From the NCBI GenBank assembly GCA_902605215.1, contig CACLBX010000002.1, positions 6,936 through 70,935 on the forward strand: a stretch of DNA of 64,000 nucleotides, in the 5' to 3' direction. Shown here in pieces: positions 52,792 through 63,128 of this stretch. The translations under genes and the position numbers were made by a program. The stretch comes from an uncultured Pelagibacteraceae bacterium (GTDB lineage Bacteria > Pseudomonadota > Alphaproteobacteria > Pelagibacterales > AG-422-B15). The notes below the pieces were generated by a model that had not been told where the DNA came from, ran no database searches, and saw only the letters and a list, made by a program, of their open reading frames with translations. Each line of letters starts with the position of its first letter. Position 1 is the stretch's first letter.

Positions 52792-54620
52792 TCATTAAAG
52801 TAAGCATATATTTTTTCTGATAGCAACCTGCTTATTCCCTTAACCTTCATAATATCTTGAGATGATGCAGTTTTAATATTTTTAATTGATCCAAAATGAT
52901 TCAGTAGTAGCTTTTTTCTTACTCGTCCTAGGCCTTCAATTGGCTCTAATTCTGATGTGTGCATTTCTTTTTTTCTTTTGTCTCTGTGAGCGCCAATAGC
53001 ATATCTATGTGATTCATCTCTGAGTCTTTGCATAAAGAAAAATGAAGGTGTATCTTTCCTTATATAATTTTTCTTATCATTGAAAATAATCTGATCTAGG
53101 CTCTCCTTTCTTCCTTCGCCCTTAAAAATTGACGCTAATTTAATTTTATTTAAATTTTTCTCATCTAATATTTTTTTAGCCAGATCATAATGGCCTTTGC
53201 CACCATCTATTATGAGCAGCTCAGGTAAATTTTGATATTTTTTTTGATTTTTTATTGCTTCAGAAGAAAATCTTCTCTCTAGAACATGCCGCATCATGCC
53301 ATAGTCGTCCCCAGGTTTAACCTTGTTTGAATCAATATTAAATTTTCTATAAGATTTTTTATCAAAACCTTCGTTTGAAAATACAATCATGGCTCCAACA
53401 GCATTTTTGCCAAATAAGTGACTGTTATCAAAAGCTTCTATTCGATTAATATCATGGGTAATTCCTAAATCTTTTTTTAAGGCTTTTAAATTTTCTTTAT
53501 CAGAGAACGACTGGGTAATATGATTTTTTAGTGATAATTCAGAATTCCTTATTGCATAATTAATGATTTCTAATTTTTTACCTTGTTTCGGGATTGAAAA
53601 ATTTGTTTGATAAGAATAAATCGATTTTAGAGAGTTTTTAATGAGTTTAGAATTATTAATGGGAGTATTTATGAGTACATTTTTTGGAGGTGAGTACTTT
53701 GTGTAAAAATCAACTATAAACCTCTCCAATATTTCATAAGTTTCAACTTCTTCTCCATGTTTTGGAAAGTATGATCTATTCCCCCAATTCTGGCCTGATC
53801 TGTATATAAATACTTGCACGCAAGATTTGTTTCCTTTTCTTGAAATAGATATTACGTCAGTATTTTTAATGTCATGCAAGTTTATATTCTGTTGACTTTG
53901 TATTTGAGTTAAAGCTTCAATTTTATCTCTATAACTTGCAGCCTTTTCATAATTCAAAATTTCACTTTCTCTTTCCATCTTCTTTGAAAGCTCTGCCTGT
54001 AGAGTACTGTGATGGCCTGAAAGAAAATTCTCAGCATTTTTAACTGTTGAATTGTAGTCTTTTTTATTAATTGTATCATTTACACAAGGACCGCTGCATC
54101 GTTCAATTTGATAAAGAAGGCAGGGTTTTGATCTATTTTCAAATATTGTGTCATCACATGAACGCAGTAAGAAAACTTTCTGTAATATTTTTAATGTATA
54201 ATTAAGAGAGTTAATTGTTGCAAATGGCCCAAAATACTTTCCTTTAAATTTTTGCTTACCTCTATGTTTTGTAATTTGTGGATATTCCTGTTCATGGTTA
54301 ATAAAGATATAAGGAAACGATTTGTCGTCACGAAGAAGTATATTAAATGGTGGCTTTAGTTTCTTGATTAAATTTGCCTCTAAAAGCAATGCTTCTTTTT
54401 CAGTTTGTGTAATTACAACGTCAATAGTTGATATTTTACTGACCATTCTTTTTATGCGGTTTGATAAATTGTTACCATTCAGGTAACTTTTAAGGCGATT
54501 TTGAATATTCTTTGCTTTGCCTACATAAAGTATTTCATCTTTTTCATTCAGCATTTTATAAATGCCTGCACAAGTAGGGGATTGATTTATAATTTCTTTT
54601 AGATTTTCTGTACTATTCAT
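52788..54620 (-). CDS. uvrC: Excinuclease ABC subunit C
   Basis: GIY-YIG domain (GIYKMLNEKDEILYVGKAKN), a UVR domain, an endonuclease domain, and a C-terminal (HhH)2. Length is 610 aa. Confidence 0.95.
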   Translation of the reverse strand: MNSTENLKEIINQSPTCAGIYKMLNEKDEILYVGKAKNIQNRLKSYLNGNNLSNRIKRMVSKISTIDVVITQTEKEALLLEANLIKKLKPPFNILLRDDKSFPYIFINHEQEYPQITKHRGKQKFKGKYFGPFATINSLNYTLKILQKVFLLRSCDDTIFENRSKPCLLYQIERCSGPCVNDTINKKDYNSTVKNAENFLSGHHSTLQAELSKKMERESEILNYEKAASYRDKIEALTQIQSQQNINLHDIKNTDVISISRKGNKSCVQVFIYRSGQNWGNRSYFPKHGEEVETYEILERFIVDFYTKYSPPKNVLINTPINNSKLIKNSLKSIYSYQTNFSIPKQGKKLEIINYAIRNSELSLKNHITQSFSDKENLKALKKDLGITHDINRIEAFDNSHLFGKNAVGAMIVFSNEGFDKKSYRKFNIDSNKVKPGDDYGMMRHVLERRFSSEAIKNQKKYQNLPELLIIDGGKGHYDLAKKILDEKNLNKIKLASIFKGEGRKESLDQIIFNDKKNYIRKDTPSFFFMQRLRDESHRYAIGAHRDKRKKEMHTSELEPIEGLGRVRKKLLLNHFGSIKNIKTASSQDIMKVKGISRLLSEKIYAYFND

Positions 54621-54622
54621 TT

Positions 54623-55048
54623 TTAAGCGCGTGAGCGCTCAATTTCAATACCAGCACTCGCAGCCTCTTTTATTGCGTCTAATTTTTCTAGCCTAATTTT
54701 CATTGTCTCAATTCTTTTATTTTTGAAACATTCTTGAAATATCTTTTCAGCTAACTTCTCAAGAAGAATTGTATGTCCAGCACCTATAATTTTTTTAATT
54801 TTTTTTGATATTTGATTATAGCAAACAACACTTTGTAATCTGCTGTCATTAATTGTTTTAGGGTTTTTAACTTTAGCAATAACATTTATTCTAAGTGGCT
54901 GTCGTTTCAACTTTTCATGTTTGTAGACACCAATGTTTGCGTCAATCATGAAATCATTTAAAAATATCAAATCATACCCTGACAACGGATCTACTAAATC
55001 CGTATTTGATTTTAAATCGCTAATTTTTAGTACATTTTTATGATTCAT
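54623..55048 (-). CDS. Dihydroneopterin aldolase (FolB)-like protein
   Basis: Tunnel-fold FolB-like pattern (IGVYKHEK..QPLRINV, ..VCYN.I). Length is 141 aa. It is the weakest of the enzyme calls. Confidence 0.6.
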   Translation of the reverse strand: MNHKNVLKISDLKSNTDLVDPLSGYDLIFLNDFMIDANIGVYKHEKLKRQPLRINVIAKVKNPKTINDSRLQSVVCYNQISKKIKKIIGAGHTILLEKLAEKIFQECFKNKRIETMKIRLEKLDAIKEAASAGIEIERSRA

Positions 55049-55770
55049 GATAAATGCTCCCCCCCGTCAACGGCTATAAATTGACCTGTAATTGACTTTG
55101 ATTCAAGCAGAAATTTAACTGATTTTGCTATTTCTTCCGGAGGTGAACCAATCTTTAAAATTGTATTTTTTAACGACCTATCAAAGTGTTTCTTTGATTG
55201 ATGAATATTTTTTAAAGTTGGTCCGGGACCAATTGAATTAACTCTAATATTTGGAGCAAAAGATTTAGCTAATATTGGCGTTGCTGCATAAAGAGCAGCC
55301 TTTGCAATTGAGTAAGAAAGAAATGAAGTATCAGCGTTGACTACATTTTGATCTAAAATATTTATGATATGCCCGTTGGAGTTTTTTGGTAAGTGCTTTT
55401 TGAATTCTTTGGATAATATCAAAGGCGCATACAAATTTATATTCATATGATCGTACCACAAGCCATCATTGAGTGTTTCAATATTGTCATTTAAAAATAG
55501 AGAAGCATTGTTAACAAGAAAATCAACTGATCCATAAATTTTTTTTGATTTTAATATTATTTTTGAAACTTGACCTGGTTTACTTAAATCGCACTTAATT
55601 ATTTCGCATTGATTTCCAGATTTTATCAGACTATTTTTTAAATCTTTTGCCTCTTTAATAGAGCTATTATAATGAATCACAAAATTTAGATTATTATTCC
55701 TCAAACTTAAAGCAATGGCTTTACCAATTCTTTGAGCACCTCCAGTAATTAAAATAGTTTGTTTTTTCAT
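55045..55770 (-). CDS. Short-chain dehydrogenase/reductase (pteridine-reductase-like neighbourhood)
   Basis: Cofactor motif ITGGAQRIGKAI, NNAS, and the catalytic Y-x3-K (YSIAKAAL). Confidence 0.85.
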   Translation of the reverse strand: MKKQTILITGGAQRIGKAIALSLRNNNLNFVIHYNSSIKEAKDLKNSLIKSGNQCEIIKCDLSKPGQVSKIILKSKKIYGSVDFLVNNASLFLNDNIETLNDGLWYDHMNINLYAPLILSKEFKKHLPKNSNGHIINILDQNVVNADTSFLSYSIAKAALYAATPILAKSFAPNIRVNSIGPGPTLKNIHQSKKHFDRSLKNTILKIGSPPEEIAKSVKFLLESKSITGQFIAVDGGEHLS

Positions 55771-56699
55771 GATACTGAATAAGTTATATATACCACATAT
55801 GACACTAGAAAACCCAAAGCAAATATTTTATTCAATTTCATTTTTAATAATGACATTGCTGTAATGATTAATGTCACTAATATCAAAACATTAAGATGTA
55901 TTAAATCTGTATTTTCTAATGAAAAATCTAAGTTTCTTGATTTAATTATTATTGCACCTGGCAAGAAAACAAAAAGAATATTCATTATATTGCTTCCAAT
56001 AATGTTACCGATACCAATAGAACCTTTTTTTCTTATGTAAGAAATTACTACAGTAGCTAGCTCAGGAAGTGAGGTGCCAATTGCTAAAATAGATATTCCT
56101 ATTATTGTCTCTTCTAATCCAAAAGTTGTGAATATACTAAGTGAACTGTCTAAAAATATTTTTCCACCAATAAAGATGCCAATAAATGAAAATAAGAGAA
56201 TTACGTAGGTTCTTTTACTAAATTCTTTGAATTTTAGTTCTTCATTATTAGACTCATAATTTTTAAGCAGGTTCAAAAAAAGTATTACAAAAACTATTAA
56301 TCCAATAATAATTGTAAAGTTTAAAGAGCTTGCAATATAGAACATTGTTGCAAAATAGGATGTCAGTATTAGCAAAAAACTATTATCCTTAGGTCCAATA
56401 TTACTTAAATCTATTTTAAAAAAAAGTGAAGCAGTGCCTAAAATAAGTAAAATATTAGCAATGTTTGAGCCAATAATGTTTCCAATTATAGCATCTGTAG
56501 CTGGGATTTCTTTAAAAGCTGCAAATAAAGTAATAACTAGTTCGGGGGCTGATGTACCGAACGCAACAATTGTTAGTCCTATAAGAATAGGCGATAGTTG
56601 AAATTTTTTTGCGATTGAATCAGAGGAATTTATCATCATGTCAGCGCTATAAAGCAAGAGTACAAGTCCAACCAATAAAATTAAAATATCGACAAACAT
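55767..56699 (-). CDS. CaCA-family Na+/Ca2+ (cation/Ca2+) exchanger, YrbG-like
   Basis: About 10 TM helices with two alpha-repeats (GTSAPELV..GNIIGSNIANILLILG and GTSLPELAT..GNIIGSNIMNILFVF). Confidence 0.88.
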   Translation of the reverse strand: MFVDILILLVGLVLLLYSADMMINSSDSIAKKFQLSPILIGLTIVAFGTSAPELVITLFAAFKEIPATDAIIGNIIGSNIANILLILGTASLFFKIDLSNIGPKDNSFLLILTSYFATMFYIASSLNFTIIIGLIVFVILFLNLLKNYESNNEELKFKEFSKRTYVILLFSFIGIFIGGKIFLDSSLSIFTTFGLEETIIGISILAIGTSLPELATVVISYIRKKGSIGIGNIIGSNIMNILFVFLPGAIIIKSRNLDFSLENTDLIHLNVLILVTLIITAMSLLKMKLNKIFALGFLVSYVVYITYSVS

Positions 56700-58754
56700 T
56701 TATGTAAAATACTTCCTTTTGCTTCTTCTGTTCTTTTTATATTGTCCAAGATTATTAGATGGTAATTCTAACTGATTATTTTCGAGTCTTTTTATTTCAT
56801 CTCTTAATTTTGCGGCTTCCTCGAAATTTAAGTCATCGGCTAAATCAATCATGTTCTTTTTAAGCCCTTTGATATGCTTTTGCAAATTATCTCCTACAAG
56901 ATTCTTATTCTCACCATCTAATTCAACACTCACCCTGTCATTTTCATATATACTCTCTAAAATATCACTGATATCTCTTTTAATAGATTCAGGAGTGATC
57001 TTATTTTCAAGATTAAATTTTTTTTGAATTTCTCTTCTTCTATCAGTCTCTTTTATTGCTTTTTTAATACTTTCTGTTTTTTTATCAGCATAAAGAATCA
57101 CCCTGCCATCGACATTACGAGCTGCTCTTCCAATAGTTTGAACAAGCGATCTTTCAGACCTTAAGAACCCTTCTTTATCAGCATCAAGAATAGCTACTAA
57201 TGCGCACTCAGGTATATCGAGTCCTTCTCTAAGTAAATTAATTCCAACCAGAACATCGAACATACCTTTTCTTAAATCTCTAATTATTTCTATTCTTTCT
57301 AAGGTATCGATGTCTGAGTGCATATACTTTACTTTAATGCCATTCTCGTGCATGTACTCTGATAAATCTTCAGCCATCCGTTTGGTCAAAGTTGTAACCA
57401 AGACTCTATACTTCATATCAATGATTTTTTTACATTCTGAAATAAGGTCTTCAACTTGTGTTTTAGCAGGTCGGATCTCAATATCTGGATCTATAAGTCC
57501 AGTCGGTCTTATGATTTGTTCAGTGAATACACCTTGAGTTTTTTGCATTTCCCAAGGCCCTGGTGTGGCAGAAATAAAAAGACTTTGAGGTCTCATCATT
57601 TCCCATTCTTCAAATTTTAATGGCCTGTTATCAAGGCACGAAGGCAGTCTAAATCCATATTCTGAAAGTGTTGTTTTTCTGCTTCTATCGCCTTTATACA
57701 TGCCCTCAAGTTGTGGGATTGTTACATGGCTTTCATCTACAAATAATAATGAATTTTCGGGCAAGTACTCAAATAGCGTTGGTGGCGCTTCACCTGGATT
57801 CCTGCCAGACAGGTATCTAGAGTAATTTTCAATCCCTGGGCAACTTCCCGTTGCTTCAATCATTTCTAAATCAAAACGTGTTCTTTCTTCTATGCGTTGA
57901 GCTTCAATTAATTTATTTTCTTTTTTAAATTCTGGAACTCTGAGCTCTAAATCTTTTCTGATTTGTTTAATTGCAGTTTGTAATGTAGGCCTTGGAGTAA
58001 CATAGTGACTATTCGCATATATTTTAATCGTTTCTAGTTCATCGGTTTTCTTTCCCGTTAAGGGATCAAATTCATTAATTGTCTCAAGCTCATCACCAAA
58101 AAGTGATAATTTCCATGCCCTGTCTTCATAATGAGAGGGAAAAATTTCTATAAGGTCTCCTCTAACTCTGAAAGTGCCTCGATGGAAATCTGTATCATTA
58201 CGTGTGTATTGAAGAGTGATTAGTTTTTGTATTATTTCATTGCGTCCAATTTTTTGATTTTTTTCAAGCTTTATGGTCATAGACCGGTATGTTTCAACTG
58301 AACCAATTCCATAAATACATGATACACTTGCAACAATAATGACATCTTTTCTCTCAAGTAATGACTGTGTAGCTGAGTGTCGCATGCGATCAATTTGTTC
58401 ATTAATTGACGCTTCCTTTTCTATATAAGTATTTGATCTTGGAACGTAAGCTTCGGGAATATAGTAATCATAATACGAGACAAAATATTCAACAGCATTA
58501 TTTGGAAAAAATGATTTCATCTCACCATACAGTTGAGCGGCTAACGTTTTGTTTGGAGCAAGAATCAATGTTGGTCTTTGTACTCTCTCTATAATTTTTG
58601 CCATGGTGAATGTTTTACCTGATCCTGTTACTCCCAGTAATACTTGCTCCATTTCATTGCCATTAATGCTTTTAACAATTTCTTCAATGGCCTGAGGCTG
58701 GTCTCCCGCAGGACTATATTCAGATGTGACTTTTAGTAGCTCAGTATTAGGCAT
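56700..58754 (-). CDS. uvrB: Excinuclease ABC subunit B
   Basis: Walker [13 protein letters not shown] box, helicase motifs, and a C-terminal UVR domain ([14 protein letters not shown]). Length is 684 aa. Confidence 0.97.
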   Translation of the reverse strand: MPNTELLKVTSEYSPAGDQPQAIEEIVKSINGNEMEQVLLGVTGSGKTFTMAKIIERVQRPTLILAPNKTLAAQLYGEMKSFFPNNAVEYFVSYYDYYIPEAYVPRSNTYIEKEASINEQIDRMRHSATQSLLERKDVIIVASVSCIYGIGSVETYRSMTIKLEKNQKIGRNEIIQKLITLQYTRNDTDFHRGTFRVRGDLIEIFPSHYEDRAWKLSLFGDELETINEFDPLTGKKTDELETIKIYANSHYVTPRPTLQTAIKQIRKDLELRVPEFKKENKLIEAQRIEERTRFDLEMIEATGSCPGIENYSRYLSGRNPGEAPPTLFEYLPENSLLFVDESHVTIPQLEGMYKGDRSRKTTLSEYGFRLPSCLDNRPLKFEEWEMMRPQSLFISATPGPWEMQKTQGVFTEQIIRPTGLIDPDIEIRPAKTQVEDLISECKKIIDMKYRVLVTTLTKRMAEDLSEYMHENGIKVKYMHSDIDTLERIEIIRDLRKGMFDVLVGINLLREGLDIPECALVAILDADKEGFLRSERSLVQTIGRAARNVDGRVILYADKKTESIKKAIKETDRRREIQKKFNLENKITPESIKRDISDILESIYENDRVSVELDGENKNLVGDNLQKHIKGLKKNMIDLADDLNFEEAAKLRDEIKRLENNQLELPSNNLGQYKKNRRSKRKYFT

Positions 58755-58805
58755 TTATTTTCTATTTTTTCAATTTTAGTTGAGTATACTTAATTTGTAA
58801 TATAA

Positions 58806-60047
<1,242 letters not shown>

Positions 60048-60048
60048 T

Positions 60049-60981
60049 TTAGGATTTTTCTGCTAGAAACTTTTCTGCTTCAAGCGCAGCCATACATCCC
60101 ATGCCAGCTGCAGTCACTGCTTGACGATATGTTTTATCCTTTACATCTCCTGCAGCATAAACTCCGTTAACATTTGTTAAGGTTGAGTCAGGTTTTGTGA
60201 TAATATATCCTTCATTATCCATCTCAACTTGATTTTTAAAAATCTGTGTAGCAGGATCATGTCCTATTGCAATAAACACTCCGTCTAATTCGATATCTTG
60301 TATCTCGTTTGTTTTAACATTTTTGACTTTGATACCTTTCACATTGAGAGGATCTTCGTCTCCTAGAATATCTTGCAATTGATGGTCCCAGATACATTTA
60401 ACTTTTTCATTATTAAATAATCTATCTTGAAGTATTTTTTCGGCTCTCAACTCATCTCTTCTGTGTATTAAATAAACTGTTGATGCAAAATTAGTTAAAT
60501 ATAAAGCCTCTTCAACAGCTGAATTGCCACCACCAATAACAGCAACTTTTTTTTCTTTAAAGAAAAAGCCATCACATGTAGCGCAGGCAGAAACTCCGTA
60601 ACCTTGAAATTTCTTTTCAGAGTCTAGGCCTAACCATCTTGCTTGCGCACCCGTCGAAATGATTACTGAGTCGGCGGTATAAGTTTTGCCAGACTCACTC
60701 ATGGCTTTAAAAGGTGTTGATTTAAAATCTACACTATCAATAATATCGCTGATTATTTTTGTTCCAACATTTTTTGCTTGAGCCTCCATTTGCTCCATTA
60801 GCCAAGGTCCTTGTATTACATCCCCGTAACCAGGGTAATTTTCTACATCAGTAGTAATTGTTAATTGACCTCCTGGCTGAATTCCCTGTACAAGTGTAGG
60901 TTCCAACATAGCTCGCGCAGCGTAAATGGCAGCCGTGTACCCTGCAGGCCCTGAACCTATTATGAGAACTTTTGAATGCAT
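60049..60981 (-). CDS. trxB: Thioredoxin reductase
   Basis: FAD motif GSGPAGYTAA, redox CATCDG, and NADPH motif GGGNSAVEEA. Confidence 0.95.
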   Translation of the reverse strand: MHSKVLIIGSGPAGYTAAIYAARAMLEPTLVQGIQPGGQLTITTDVENYPGYGDVIQGPWLMEQMEAQAKNVGTKIISDIIDSVDFKSTPFKAMSESGKTYTADSVIISTGAQARWLGLDSEKKFQGYGVSACATCDGFFFKEKKVAVIGGGNSAVEEALYLTNFASTVYLIHRRDELRAEKILQDRLFNNEKVKCIWDHQLQDILGDEDPLNVKGIKVKNVKTNEIQDIELDGVFIAIGHDPATQIFKNQVEMDNEGYIITKPDSTLTNVNGVYAAGDVKDKTYRQAVTAAGMGCMAALEAEKFLAEKS

Positions 60982-61060
60982 TTGGCTTTTAGTATAATTT
61001 ATATATTATCGAGTTAATTTAAAGAATTTTATATATATTAAGATTCTAGATAATATCTAA

Positions 61061-62032
61061 ATGAATAATTTCAAGACTAACAAGTTAGCATGGTGTTTAA
61101 CCGATGGCTCAGCTGGCATGATTAGTCAAGTCAGAGGCCTTGCTGAAGCACTTAATGTAAGCTATGAACTGAAAGAGGTAAAACTTAATTTTCCATGGAA
61201 TAAGCTGCCAGTTAATTTATTGCCTTTGTCTAATAAGATGTTCAAGAATTTGGAAGAGTTTAGTTTAGATGGAAAAGCTCCTGATATATTGATTTCGTGT
61301 GGCAAAAGAAGTATCTATGCCTCACTATTTATTAAAAAAAAATCTGATAGTCCGATTTTCTCTATTCATATTCAGAACCCAAAAATAAATACAAATAATT
61401 TTGATGTAGTAGTTGTGCCGTCTCACGATAAGATTTATGGGCAGAATGTTATAACTACTGATCTTGCTATAAATCATATAACGCCCAAACTGTTAGTAAA
61501 GCATGCAGAGGAAATGAAGGATAGTTTTGGATCAATTCAAAAACCAATTTGCACAGTTTTTATTGGTGGTAAAAGCAGAAATTATAAATTTGATCAATCT
61601 AATGTTATCGAATTAGCAAAGACTCTAGACAAAGTGATGAATAATAATAATGTCCAAATGTTTATTGTTTTTTCAAGAAGGACAGACGAATTTATAAAAG
61701 ATTATTTAAAAAAGAAATACTCAAAACAAAATATTGTTTGGGAAGGAAAAGAGAATCCTTACTTAGCTCTTATGTACTACTCAAAATACCTAATCTGTAC
61801 TTCAGACTCAGTTTCAATCATATCTGAATCAGTGTCTGCAAAAAAACCAGTTTTTATATACAAGTTACCTACATCAAAAAGAAATAATCGAATTGAAAGT
61901 TTTATATCAACTTTGGTCAAAAAAAATTATGTAAAAATATTATCAGATAGATTAGAGGATCATTCTAATTCTTATGAAAATGAAACAACGGAAGTAGCCA
62001 AAACAATTAATGAAAGATATAGTAATCAATAA
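61061..62032 (+). CDS. ELM1 / DUF1022-family protein (GT-B-like, function unknown in bacteria)
   Basis: The pattern W.LTDGSAGMISQVRGLAEAL ... VVVPSHD ... FIGGKS ... CTSDSVSIISESVSAKKPV is recalled for the 'mitochondrial fission ELM1' family. Confidence 0.72.
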   Translation: MNNFKTNKLAWCLTDGSAGMISQVRGLAEALNVSYELKEVKLNFPWNKLPVNLLPLSNKMFKNLEEFSLDGKAPDILISCGKRSIYASLFIKKKSDSPIFSIHIQNPKINTNNFDVVVVPSHDKIYGQNVITTDLAINHITPKLLVKHAEEMKDSFGSIQKPICTVFIGGKSRNYKFDQSNVIELAKTLDKVMNNNNVQMFIVFSRRTDEFIKDYLKKKYSKQNIVWEGKENPYLALMYYSKYLICTSDSVSIISESVSAKKPVFIYKLPTSKRNNRIESFISTLVKKNYVKILSDRLEDHSNSYENETTEVAKTINERYSNQ

Positions 62033-62658
62033 TGTCACTAGTTAATGCTCTAACGAACGATTTAAGTCATTTTAAAGAACCTTTCAATCACTGGACATTG
62101 GAAAATCCATTGTCAGAAACTTTAATAGACGAGGTTTATGATATCAAATTTCCAGAGGGTGATGTGATATTTGATGGAACTAGAGCAGGCGACAAAACAG
62201 GAAATAATCTTTTAAGTAAATTAAGAGTTTTCATTACAAAGGAAAATTCTTCTGATTATCCTGAATTGTATAAACTTGTAAAAGAGATGCAATCAAAGGA
62301 GTGTACGGATTTAATTTCAAAAATGATTAACAGAAATTTATCAAATTCCTTTGTAAGGGTTGAAGTAATTGCTGATAAAAATGGTTTTTGGCTTGAGCCT
62401 CATTGCGATATAAAAGAGAAATTAATGTCGTCAATTTTATTTGTTAATAGGTATGGAGAAAACGAAAATCTTGGAACTGATTTTTACACTCCTGACCTTA
62501 AAGTTGCAAAGACCTTACCTTATAGAAATAATTTTGGGTATATTTTTACTTCAGAAAAAGACTCATGGCATGGATTAGAAAAAAAATATATCAAAAATGA
62601 AAGACGATGCTTACAATTAAATTATGTAACGTTTGAAACAGAGTGGCCCGTATATTGA
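62032..62658 (+). CDS. Uncharacterised protein with possible Fe(II)/2OG-oxygenase (DSBH) facial triad
   Basis: H-x-D in LEPHCDIK, a distal His in DSWHGL, and a basic residue pair in NERRCLQLNY, with spacing compatible with a 2-His-1-carboxylate fold. Its ATG overlaps the ELM1-like stop (TAATG). Confidence 0.45.
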   Translation: MSLVNALTNDLSHFKEPFNHWTLENPLSETLIDEVYDIKFPEGDVIFDGTRAGDKTGNNLLSKLRVFITKENSSDYPELYKLVKEMQSKECTDLISKMINRNLSNSFVRVEVIADKNGFWLEPHCDIKEKLMSSILFVNRYGENENLGTDFYTPDLKVAKTLPYRNNFGYIFTSEKDSWHGLEKKYIKNERRCLQLNYVTFETEWPVY

Positions 62659-63128
62659 TGGTAAAAAAAACGCTTGATAGTGTAGATTTAAAAATACTAA
62701 GGATACTTCAAGATGAGGGAAGAATATCCAATCTAGATCTTTCAAAAAAAATTAGTATGTCACCGCCTCCGACCCTTAGAAGAGTGCGTGACTTAGAAGA
62801 CAATGGCTATATTGATGGATTTAGAGCTAACCTTGATCCAACAAAATTAGGATATGACTTAACAGCATGGATTTTTATCAGTCTAAAGAACCAGAATGAG
62901 GAGAGCCTGAGTGCCTTTGAAAAACAGATATGGGGATGGGAAGCGATAAGGGAGTGCTTTATGCTTAATGGCGAAATTGACTTTATTTTAAAATGTGTTG
63001 TTAAAAATATGAATGAATTTAATGATTTTTTGACTCAAAACATCACACCCAATGAGAATATTTCAAGTGTTAAAACTGCATTTGTAATAAAGAATACTAA
63101 GAAACTGGGCAACGTTCCTTTAGACTAG
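62658..63128 (+). CDS. lrp: Lrp/AsnC-family transcriptional regulator
   Basis: N-terminal HTH (LDSVDLKILRILQDEGRISNLDLSKKISMSPPPTLRRVRDLEDNGYI) plus a RAM domain. The ATG at 62658 overlaps the upstream stop. The track start at 62643 is a GTG inside the upstream gene. Confidence 0.88.
   Translation: MVKKTLDSVDLKILRILQDEGRISNLDLSKKISMSPPPTLRRVRDLEDNGYIDGFRANLDPTKLGYDLTAWIFISLKNQNEESLSAFEKQIWGWEAIRECFMLNGEIDFILKCVVKNMNEFNDFLTQNITPNENISSVKTAFVIKNTKKLGNVPLD

Noticed and set aside
58755-58805. An SOS/LexA operator upstream of uvrB.
   Set aside because: No GTTC-N7-GTTC or GAAC-N7-GAAC, and no CTGT-N8-ACAG-like element, is present in the 51-nt spacer.
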